A stretch of DNA of 33,952 nucleotides from Planctomycetota bacterium (GTDB lineage Bacteria > Planctomycetota > SZUA-567 > H5-PLA8), in contig JANXLS010000987.1 in assembly GCA_025355035.1 (NCBI GenBank), positions 1 to 33,952 on the forward strand. Reading direction: 5' to 3'. The notes beneath the pieces were generated by a model. The model had not been told where the DNA came from. It did no database searches and saw only the letters and a list, made by a program, of their open reading frames with translations. Both the position numbers and the translations under genes were made by a program. Position 1 is the first letter of the stretch. The number at the start of each line of letters is the position of its first letter. Positions 26,943-33,952 of this stretch are shown in pieces.

Positions 26943-28235
26943 ATGGGATCCAAAGAACTGGCGAGCGCGTCTTCGCGCCGAACGTTTATCAAGTCTTCGA
27001 CATTAGCCGGTGGTGCATTGGCTGCCGCTGCGTTCATGAGCAAAGCCCACGCGGCCGGCGGCGACACCATTAAGATCGGCTGGATCGGATGCGGGAGTCG
27101 CGGTGCCGGTGCGGCGAAGAACGCGCTGCTGGCCGATAAAAATGTTAAGATCGTCGCAGTCGGCGATGCTTTTCAGGATCGCTTGGATTCCCATTTGGCG
27201 GCGTTGAAGAAAGATGCGAAGGTCGGCGAAAAAGTCGATTGTCCGCCCGAACGCCAGTTCGTCGGTTTCGATGCGTATAAGAAAGTGATCGACAGCGACG
27301 TCGATGTCGTCCTCTTGACCACACCGCCCGGCTTCCGCCCCGAACACATCCGCTACGCCATCGAAAAAGGCAAGCACGTCTTCGCCGAAAAGCCCGTTGC
27401 GGTCGACGGCCCGGGTATCCGCACCGTCCTCGCCGCGGTGGAAGCCGCGAAGGCCAAGAAACTCTCCATCGTCTCCGGACTCTGTTGGCGCTACGATGCC
27501 GGAACCAGCGACCTCAGCAAATACATCGCCGACGGCAACCTTGGCGACGTGCACGCTATTCAGACGTGCTACAACACCCAGGATTTGTGGTCTTTCCCGC
27601 GCAAAGACGGCTGGAGCGACACCGAATACCAGATGCGCAATTGGCTCTATTACACGTGGCTTTCCGGCGATCACATTGTCGAACAAAACGTCCACAATCT
27701 CGACCGCGCCGCGTTGTTCATGAAGGGCGAATACCCGACGAAGATCACCAGCCTCGGCGGACGCCAGACCCGCACCGAAGAACAGTTCGGCCACATCTTC
27801 GATCATTTCGCAACGGTCTTTGAATACGCCAACGGCGGTCGCGTCTTCAGCTATTGCCGCCAGCAAAAGGGGACTGACTCCGAAAACCGCGACATCATTT
27901 TCGGCACCAAGGGCCGAGCCGAATGGGGTTGGAGCGAATCCGTCGTGACCGGTGAAAAACCGACGACGATCAAGAATAACCTCAGCAAAGCTTATCAGAC
28001 TGAACACGACGTACTTTTCGAATCCATCCGCAAAGGCGAACCGGTCAACAACGGCGACTACATGTGCAAGAGCACGTTGATGGGGATCGCCGGACGCATG
28101 GCCGCGTACACGGGAAAAGCGCTGACGTGGGAGCAGGCGCTGAATTCGCAGGAAGACACCATGCCAAAGAATCTCGCGTTCGGAAAACTCGAATTCCCGC
28201 CCGTTGCGAAACCCGGTTTTACCAAGTTCATGTAA
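26943..28235 (+). CDS. Gfo/Idh/MocA family oxidoreductase with a Tat signal
   Basis: A GGGAGGGG ribosome-binding site precedes the start. The Tat motif is SRRTFIKSSTLAGGALAAAAFMSKAHA. The Rossmann motif is KIGWIGCGSRGAGAA, and EKP is present in VFAEKPVA. Confidence 0.9.
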   Translation: MGSKELASASSRRTFIKSSTLAGGALAAAAFMSKAHAAGGDTIKIGWIGCGSRGAGAAKNALLADKNVKIVAVGDAFQDRLDSHLAALKKDAKVGEKVDCPPERQFVGFDAYKKVIDSDVDVVLLTTPPGFRPEHIRYAIEKGKHVFAEKPVAVDGPGIRTVLAAVEAAKAKKLSIVSGLCWRYDAGTSDLSKYIADGNLGDVHAIQTCYNTQDLWSFPRKDGWSDTEYQMRNWLYYTWLSGDHIVEQNVHNLDRAALFMKGEYPTKITSLGGRQTRTEEQFGHIFDHFATVFEYANGGRVFSYCRQQKGTDSENRDIIFGTKGRAEWGWSESVVTGEKPTTIKNNLSKAYQTEHDVLFESIRKGEPVNNGDYMCKSTLMGIAGRMAAYTGKALTWEQALNSQEDTMPKNLAFGKLEFPPVAKPGFTKFM

Positions 28236-28243
28236 TCACCGCC

Positions 28244-28300
28244 CCGCCCCTTCCCTGCCTCTCCTATGCCCATGCGGGAGAGGAGGGGTGACAGGGGCGG
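28244..28300. repeat. Long imperfect GC-rich palindrome related to the REP-like family (copy C, opposite orientation)
   Basis: It starts 9 nt after the stop codon. The outer stem is ccgcccc/ggggcgg. The inner 7-bp stem is cctctcc/ggagagg around tatgcccatgcg. The reverse complement contains tcacccc...cgcatgggcat, which resembles module 1. Confidence 0.55.
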
Positions 28301-28354
28301 CGCGAGCCCCGACACGCGCTGGGCCCACGATCAGTTCATGAAAATTCCGGAATC

Positions 28355-28381
28355 AGCGGACGCTTTGGCGTCCGCTTTTTT
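28355..28381 (+). terminator. Rho-independent terminator
   Basis: A perfect 9-bp stem, agcggacgc / gcgtccgct, has loop tttg and is followed by ttttt. Confidence 0.7.
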
Positions 28382-28438
28382 ATCGGTGTATTCAAACCAT
28401 CAAACGCTTCTCGTTCCGGTTTAATGTGAAAGGCTTGC

Positions 28439-29362
28439 ATGAAAAACATCGTCCGAATTGTGTTTCTGTTTGTTGCGTCCATCGCCTCCGTTTCGGCTGT
28501 GCGAGCCGTTGAAGACAACATCCCGATCGAAGTCGATTCGCCCGATCCAAAGCTTGCCAAGATCGTGCTTGTGGCGGGCGAACAGACTTCAAACCTCGCC
28601 CACCAATATTGGGCGGCGACGACGGCGCTCTACAAACTTCTTCAGCAAACGCCCGGAATTCACGTCTCGGTGGTGCGCTACGGGTGGCCGAAAAATCCCG
28701 ACATTTTCAACAATGCCAAAGCCATCGTGTTGTTCATGGAGGGCGGCGAAGGCGGGGCGATCCATCCGCTCAGCACGCCCGGGCGATTGGAGATATTGCA
28801 GAAAGCGCTCGCCGGCGGAGCGGGGCTTGTGACGCTTCACAAGGGTGGCGCAATTCCGGGCGAACTGGGTGTCAAAATGCTGGACCTTCAGGGCGCGTAT
28901 TATGATTTCAAAGCGTCGAGCAAAGGTCACTGGCTCGTCGATTTCCACACCTTCCCCGATCACCCAATCGCCCGCGGCATGAAGCCGTATTCGCTCAATG
29001 ATGGCTATTGCATCGGACTCAAATTCGTCCCGAACATGAAGGGCATCACGCCGCTCCTGTACGCGCCCAAGGGCAACGGAAAAATCGCGCTCGCCGCCGA
29101 ATCGACGACGGATCCCAAAGACATCACCGCTTGGACCTACGACCGCCCGGACGGCGGGCGCGCCTTCGTCTCAACCGGACTCCATTCGCACCGATATCTG
29201 ACCGAAGAAAGCGTCCGAAAATTCACGATCAACGGCATTCTCTGGGCCGCCGGAATCGACATCCCGGCCGGGGGCGCCAAAGTCGACCTTGACCCTGCCG
29301 AACTCGATAAAAACATTGAACCCGCGCCCAAACCATCCGTCAAAAAAGAACAAACAAAGTAA
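28439..29362 (+). CDS. ThuA-like (class I glutamine amidotransferase-like fold) secreted protein
   Basis: The Sec-type signal is MKNIVRIVFLFVASIASVSAVRA. ThuA-like segments are PDHPIARGMKPYSLNDGYCIG and DRPDGGRAFVSTGLHSH...INGILWAAG. It is more divergent than the 21511-22464 copy. Confidence 0.7.
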   Translation: MKNIVRIVFLFVASIASVSAVRAVEDNIPIEVDSPDPKLAKIVLVAGEQTSNLAHQYWAATTALYKLLQQTPGIHVSVVRYGWPKNPDIFNNAKAIVLFMEGGEGGAIHPLSTPGRLEILQKALAGGAGLVTLHKGGAIPGELGVKMLDLQGAYYDFKASSKGHWLVDFHTFPDHPIARGMKPYSLNDGYCIGLKFVPNMKGITPLLYAPKGNGKIALAAESTTDPKDITAWTYDRPDGGRAFVSTGLHSHRYLTEESVRKFTINGILWAAGIDIPAGGAKVDLDPAELDKNIEPAPKPSVKKEQTK

Positions 29363-29405
29363 TCGAACGCCAACTACGGAGTGGCGGCACTCTTGCAGAC
29401 GCTCC

Positions 29406-29460
29406 GAATTTTCGAATTTTGAACTTTGAATGTTGAATGTTGAACCTTGAACTTAGAACG
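29406..29460. repeat. Degenerate heptamer tandem repeat, GAAyKTT in about 8 units
   Basis: The units are gaatttt(c) gaatttt gaacttt gaatgtt gaatgtt gaacctt gaactta gaacg. The kinase ATG (29437) lies inside the second gaATGtt unit. The ATG in the first unit (29430) is out of frame and hits a stop after 6 codons. Confidence 0.8.
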
Positions 29461-31065
29461 TTAATCACCCTGCCCTTCGTCGCGCTCTTCGCTGCGCTCC
29501 TGCTTGCGTTGGGATGGATTTTGGCGCGGGATATTCTCGCCGATGTCGAATCGCGCGTCGAAAACGAACAGCGTTTCATGCTCAGCGTCGCCGCGTCGCC
29601 GGGATGGCCGCTGGGTGAAGAATCCCTGCGCCGCATCCGCAACCGAGCGGCGTTGCCGAGTGACGAAAAGCAGCGGGAAGGATTCAGCGAATTCATCGTG
29701 CTGCAAAATGGCACGAGTGCGTTGACAACACTCGCGCGCGGCGAAGCCAACGGTCGCGCGCTGGCCGACACGCTCCTCGCCGAATTAAAAGCGCACCCGG
29801 AACTCGAACCGGGGAGCGACGCCATCCAACTGCATCGCGTCCAACTCGCGGGCCAGGATTTTCTACTGCTCGCGACCCAACGAGCCGTACGCGGAACCAA
29901 CCCATCGCCGCGCCGATTTTTTCTACTGCATCCTTACAATGAAATCGAGCAGGCCAAGAACCGCGCGCTCCACCGCATCGTTTCGCTCGGAGCCGCCGGA
30001 TTGGCACTGGCGGCTGCGCTGGGATTGGTGCTCGGCCATTGGATTTCCCGTCCGGTGCGCCAATTGGCCGCCGCCGCCAAACGCGTCACAACTGAAGGCT
30101 TGAAAGAATCGACATCCGCTGAATTCGAATCGGAGCACACGGCGCTCGAACGAGCAGGCGGAGAAATCGGGGAACTCGCGCGGGCCTTCCGCAGCATGAT
30201 CGAAAGCCTGCGGCGCTCCCAAGCCGATCTGCTGAAAGCCGAACGCCTGGCCGCAACCGGAAAACTCGCCGCGTGTGTCGCTCACGAGATTCGCAACCCG
30301 CTGACGAGTTTGCGCATGACCGTCCAGATGCTCCAGTCCGTTCCGGCGTCGTTCCAACAATCCAACGCCAACACACAAGAAGCGTACCGTATCCTTTTAA
30401 CGGAAATCGACCGCCTCAGCCTAGCGGTCGAAGAATTGATGACGGTCGCGCGCCCGCGTCCACCGCAAAAAGAACCGACGGATCTCAACGCGCTGATGGC
30501 GGACACGCTGCGATTTATGGAACGCCAACTCGCCCATGCAAAAATATCAGCGCGGCTTGAAGCGGATGCAACGCTGCCGCGCGACCTGCTCGTCGATCCC
30601 AACAAACTGCGCCAAGTGGTGATCAACCTGATTCTCAATGCCATGCAGGCTATCGTGCGCGGGGGGGAAATTGTCGTCCGCACACGTTGGGACTTATTGA
30701 CCCGGGCGCAACTAGAGTCTCACGCTCTCCCCTCACCCCGCGAGCGCGAACAACAGCGCTCATCGGCCCGCTCCCCAACAGGAGAGGGGAACGGCAACGG
30801 CTCGCTGGGCTCGCTAGAAGCATTAGCGCTACGCGAGTCAAAAACCCAGAGCGCGGGGCGCGTGATCCTCGAAGTCCAGGACTCCGGGGGCGGCATCGCG
30901 CCTGAAATTCGGGAGACACTCTTCGACTTGTTCGTCTCCACGAAATCCGGCGGCGGAGGTTTGGGATTGGCCGTCGCGAAACAAATCGCCGAAGAACACG
31001 GCGGCTCGATCTGCTTCGAAACTGTGCCGGGCCGAACGGTCTTTCGCGTGGAATTGCCGACGTAA
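29437..31065 (+). CDS. Sensor histidine kinase (TM-HAMP-HisKA-HATPase_c, NtrB-like catalytic core); no adjacent response regulator
   Basis: It has an N-terminal TM segment and a second TM plus HAMP-like region. The catalytic boxes are H-box HEIRNPLTSL, N-box NLILNAMQA, G1 DSGGGI, F-box FDLFVSTK and G2 GGGLGLAV. The N-box to G1 spacing is unusually long (see findings). Confidence 0.9.
   Translation: MLNLELRTLITLPFVALFAALLLALGWILARDILADVESRVENEQRFMLSVAASPGWPLGEESLRRIRNRAALPSDEKQREGFSEFIVLQNGTSALTTLARGEANGRALADTLLAELKAHPELEPGSDAIQLHRVQLAGQDFLLLATQRAVRGTNPSPRRFFLLHPYNEIEQAKNRALHRIVSLGAAGLALAAALGLVLGHWISRPVRQLAAAAKRVTTEGLKESTSAEFESEHTALERAGGEIGELARAFRSMIESLRRSQADLLKAERLAATGKLAACVAHEIRNPLTSLRMTVQMLQSVPASFQQSNANTQEAYRILLTEIDRLSLAVEELMTVARPRPPQKEPTDLNALMADTLRFMERQLAHAKISARLEADATLPRDLLVDPNKLRQVVINLILNAMQAIVRGGEIVVRTRWDLLTRAQLESHALPSPREREQQRSSARSPTGEGNGNGSLGSLEALALRESKTQSAGRVILEVQDSGGGIAPEIRETLFDLFVSTKSGGGGLGLAVAKQIAEEHGGSICFETVPGRTVFRVELPT
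30705..30820. repeat. REP-like element, copy D (modules 1, 2 and 3), located in frame inside the histidine kinase CDS
   Basis: The sequence is gcgcaactagagtctcacgctctcccctcaccccg, then hairpin gagcgc-gaacaaca-gcgctc, then cggcccgctcc-ccaaca-ggagagggg, then aacggcaacggctcgctgggctcgcta. It is collinear with copy A at 16841-16930 and with the 3' module of copy B. Confidence 0.7.
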
Positions 31066-31070
31066 AAGGG

Positions 31071-31937
31071 CTACTTCGCGCTGATCAAAATCGCTTTGCT
31101 TTGAAGAAATTCGTAGAACCGATCCGGCCATCCCGCCAGCGCGCCCTTGCTCGTGGGCCGCAATCCGAAGCCGTGCCCGCCCGTCGAATAGATATGCAAC
31201 TCGGCTTGAGCCCCGATTCGCTTGAATCGCAAATAGGCTTCGGCTAAGCCTTCCGAAATATCCTGACGATCGTACGCTGAACACGCAAGGAACGCGGGCG
31301 GCGCATCTTTCGTCGGCTGAATATCGCCTGATCGTCCCGGATAAATCATCGCCTGAAATGCAGGCCGGGCGTTTTGGCGTTCAATCGCATCCGGCGCGTC
31401 AGGCTTCCCATCACCCGGGCGCATGCATGCCAGTGCGACCAATTCCCCGCCGGCTGAAAATCCCATCGCGCCGAGGTGCGTCGGATCCAGGTTCCACTCC
31501 GTCGCGCGCGACCGAATCAACCGCATCGCCCGTTGCGTGTCCGCCAAAGCATGCGTTTCAATCGTGTACGTCGATCCTTCTTCGCGCGCCAGCCGATGCT
31601 TTAAAACAAATGCCGCGATGCCGTGATCCGCGAGCCATTGCGCGACAAAACTGCCTTCGTGATCGACGCACAACATCCGATGCCCGCCGCCCGGAATCAC
31701 CAGGACCGCGACTCCGGTGGCTTTGTCTTTCGCGGGAAGATACGGGGTGATCGACGGCTTGTGAACCGACGACACCTGCCGCTCACCGCTGGCGGAAGTC
31801 TTGACGATTTCCGCCGCGGTCTTTCCTTCCGATCCCGGCGCGCCATCCGGCCACAACATAATCTCGCCGGGAGCTTCGCCTGCGATCGCAACCGATACAG
31901 CGAACAACACCGCGAGTAAACATGTTCTCATTTTCAT
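31071..31937 (-). CDS. Secreted alpha/beta hydrolase (esterase/lipase-type)
   Basis: The likely start is the Met of MKMRTCLLAVLFAVSVAIAGEAP (signal peptide). The listed upstream extension to 32018 lacks signal features. It has the oxyanion-type motif VIPGGGH, the nucleophile elbow GFSAGG and a C-terminal GGHGF. Confidence 0.85.
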   Translation of the reverse strand: MKMRTCLLAVLFAVSVAIAGEAPGEIMLWPDGAPGSEGKTAAEIVKTSASGERQVSSVHKPSITPYLPAKDKATGVAVLVIPGGGHRMLCVDHEGSFVAQWLADHGIAAFVLKHRLAREEGSTYTIETHALADTQRAMRLIRSRATEWNLDPTHLGAMGFSAGGELVALACMRPGDGKPDAPDAIERQNARPAFQAMIYPGRSGDIQPTKDAPPAFLACSAYDRQDISEGLAEAYLRFKRIGAQAELHIYSTGGHGFGLRPTSKGALAGWPDRFYEFLQSKAILISAK

Positions 31938-32088
31938 GACGATTAAATTCCACTGTTTTCCGGTTGAAGTGAAGCAACGCTCTCGGGATACACCATACTT
32001 CTTGCGATTTCCTGTCATGGCATTCAGTGCACTTCGCGATAACGTTTCTGTGCGTGACGTTTTCCCCGACCCTCTTCGGAATTAACTC

Positions 32089-33570
32089 ATGAATCAGAAC
32101 AATCCCGCCCCTCATCATGATCTCAAAGATATCGCTCGCCGCGCCATGCTCGCGCGCGGATTGGCGCCCGACTTTGAACCGCAGGCTCTCGCCGAATTGG
32201 CGACACTGCACAACGCCGCGGCTGCTCTCGGAGGCGATGTGCGCGATATGCGCTCGCTGCTCTGGTGTTCGATCGACAACGACAGTTCGCGCGATTTGGA
32301 TCAACTCACGGTCGCCGAAATTTTGCCCGGAACCGACGCGGTCAAAATTTTTGTCGCGATCGCCGATGTCGATGCGCTTGTCCGCGCGGGTGGAGCGATC
32401 GACGCTCACGCCAAACACAACACCACGTCTGTTTACACCCCCGCCGCCATTTTCGCGATGCTTCCGGAAAAACTCTCGACTGATTTGACGTCGCTCAACG
32501 GCGGCGAGGACCGTCTTTCCATCGTGATTGAAATGGTCGTCAATTCCGATGGCACGATCGCGAGCTCCGATGTGTATCGGGCCGCTGTCCACAACTACGC
32601 GAAGCTTGCTTACAACAGCGTTGCGGCGTGGCTCAAAGGAGGCCCAGCGCCCGCTGCGCTCGCCGCCGTGAAAGGCATGGACGAACAGATTCGCATCCAG
32701 GATCGCGTTGCGCAGACTCTGAAAAATTTGCGGCACGAGCATGGAGCATTGAGCCTCCAAACGATTCAACCCAGTGCGGTTTATGTCGGCGATCAATTGA
32801 CGGATATAAAAGTGGAGGAAGCCAATCGGGCGAAAGAACTGATCGAAGATTTCATGATCGCAGCCAACGGCGTGACCGCGAATTTTCTAAAAAACAACAA
32901 GCTGCCGTCGCTGCGCCGCGTCGTCCGCGAACCCGAACGCTGGCAGCGGATTGTCGATGTTGCCAAAACGCTCGGGGGAAACCTCCCCGCACAACCCGAC
33001 TCCGAGGCACTCGAAGACTTCCTGTCCAAACGTAAGATTGCCGACCCGATGCGCTTTCCCGACCTCTCGTTGACGATTGTGAAATTGATGGGCCGCGGCG
33101 AATACACGGTTGATCTCCCCGGCGAAAACGTCCCCGGCCATTTCGGTCTCGCCGTCAAAGATTACACGCACTCCACCGCCCCCAATCGCCGTTACCCCGA
33201 TTTGCTCACCCAGCGCATGTTGAAAGCCGGCATCGCCGGAAAACCGTCGCCGTATTCGAACGACGAATTGACGCAACTCGCCAAACATTGCACCGACATG
33301 GAAGACGCCGCGTCAAAAGTCGAACGCCAAGTTCGCAAGTCGTGCGCCGCGCTCCTGCTCGAAACGAAGGTCGGCCAAACCTTCGATTGCATTGTGACCG
33401 GAGCTTCGAACAAAGGCACGTACGTCCGCTGCTTCGCTCCGCCCGTCGAAGGCCGCATCACCCGCGGTTTCGAAGGCCTGGACGTAGGAGAACGCGTCAC
33501 CGTCCGGCTGGATCACGTGGATGTGGAGCACGGGTTTATTGATTTTTCGAATGCGAAGGCGCACGTTTAG
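32089..33570 (+). CDS. Short RNB-domain 3'-5' exoribonuclease (RNase II/R family) with a C-terminal S1-like domain and no N-terminal cold-shock domains
   Basis: RNB motif I, SIDNDSSRDLDQL, starts at about residue 62. Other conserved segments are VAIADVDALV and HFGLAVKDYTHSTAPNRRYPDLLTQR. The C-terminal segment GQTFDCIVTGASNKGTYVRCFAPPVEGRI is S1-like. Confidence 0.9.
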   Translation: MNQNNPAPHHDLKDIARRAMLARGLAPDFEPQALAELATLHNAAAALGGDVRDMRSLLWCSIDNDSSRDLDQLTVAEILPGTDAVKIFVAIADVDALVRAGGAIDAHAKHNTTSVYTPAAIFAMLPEKLSTDLTSLNGGEDRLSIVIEMVVNSDGTIASSDVYRAAVHNYAKLAYNSVAAWLKGGPAPAALAAVKGMDEQIRIQDRVAQTLKNLRHEHGALSLQTIQPSAVYVGDQLTDIKVEEANRAKELIEDFMIAANGVTANFLKNNKLPSLRRVVREPERWQRIVDVAKTLGGNLPAQPDSEALEDFLSKRKIADPMRFPDLSLTIVKLMGRGEYTVDLPGENVPGHFGLAVKDYTHSTAPNRRYPDLLTQRMLKAGIAGKPSPYSNDELTQLAKHCTDMEDAASKVERQVRKSCAALLLETKVGQTFDCIVTGASNKGTYVRCFAPPVEGRITRGFEGLDVGERVTVRLDHVDVEHGFIDFSNAKAHV

Positions 33571-33952
33571 CCAAGCGCGACGTGGTTCTTGGTACAAACC
33601 GTGCTGGGCTTAATTTGGCGCCATTCACATCAATTGGAGACACCTGTGTGAAAAGTCAAAAATTCATCCGTTGTATATTAAGAGGTTGTACGAGAAGTCC
33701 TCTAAGAGGGGGGATTTAAGCGAGGGTGAAACGGGGTGAGATGGGCGTTGAGGAATGAAATGAACAACGGTATATCGAAATTATAATTTTGCGCTCAAAG
33801 TGCAAGTTTTGGAATGGCAAAGGTTGCGTGGAATGAGAACTTGGGAGGCGAAAAAGACGCACATGTGCAACTTTCGAAACGGGAAATGATGTCGGGCCGA
33901 GAGTATCGAGCGGTGAAATTGGTTGGCGGCGGAAACCTCGCGGAATTGTGCA

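Noticed and set aside
278-32796. Many long ORFs on the strand opposite to, or out of frame with, the genes called above. Examples are 278-997, 5241-6347, 5795-6709, 14200-14985, 15613-16293, 17295-17978, 18076-18921, 19926-20606, 20661-21302, 21505-22302, 25678-26448, 27003-28007 and 31783-32796.
   Set aside because: Each lies fully inside a gene that has clear family motifs. Their products are Arg/Ser/Pro/Gly-rich and low in complexity, as expected for shadow frames of GC-rich coding DNA. None has a recognisable motif or ribosome-binding site.
33700-33760. A G-run followed by gatttaagcgagggtgaaacgggg, superficially like a tmRNA 5' end (GGGG...TTCGAC...GGG).
   Set aside because: The conserved TTCGAC-type segment is absent. 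No plausible tag ORF ending in an Ala-Ala-type tail follows. The 3' tRNA-like end would lie outside the window, so this cannot be supported.
1-33952. CRISPR arrays, rRNA genes, transposases or IS elements, and toxin-antitoxin or known defence-system genes.
   Set aside because: I saw no regularly spaced 25-40-nt repeats, no rRNA-like sequence and no transposase, integrase or nuclease-helicase defence signatures in any ORF.

Overview
This is a gene-dense chromosomal window with a strong G/C third-position bias. Gene content points to a PVC-group bacterium (Planctomycetota or Verrucomicrobiota): a PSCyt/DUF1549/DUF1553 plus DUF1501 gene pair, two ThuA-like proteins, a Tat-signal Gfo/Idh/MocA oxidoreductase and a giant HEAT-repeat protein. 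This taxonomic call is inference only. I support 22 protein genes, one further weak small ORF, one tRNA-Thr(CGU), several hairpin terminators and a modular REP-like repeat family. There is no CRISPR array, rRNA, transposase, integrase or recognisable defence gene. Six things are worth a second look. (1) A co-directional minus-strand block at 4508-16193 encodes a secreted HEAT/DUF2950 giant, a Zn-ribbon protein, a small PKD-type protein translationally coupled to it, an 11-repeat PKD-type secreted protein and a ComEC. (2) In that ComEC, every metallo-beta-lactamase metal-ligand motif I can align is replaced. (3) A truncated EssC/EccC-like multi-domain FtsK/SpoIIIE ATPase lies at the 5' edge. 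(4) The REP-like element has one copy sitting in frame inside the ATPase domain of an orphan histidine kinase. (5) A degenerate heptamer tandem repeat spans that kinase's start codon. (6) Three tandem CGTTCA-N3-CGTTCA sites lie in the AT-rich region upstream of uvdE. I cannot identify a complete novel system with confidence. The block at 4508-16193 and the EssC-like locus running off the left edge are the best candidates. Both need comparative genomics that I cannot do here.
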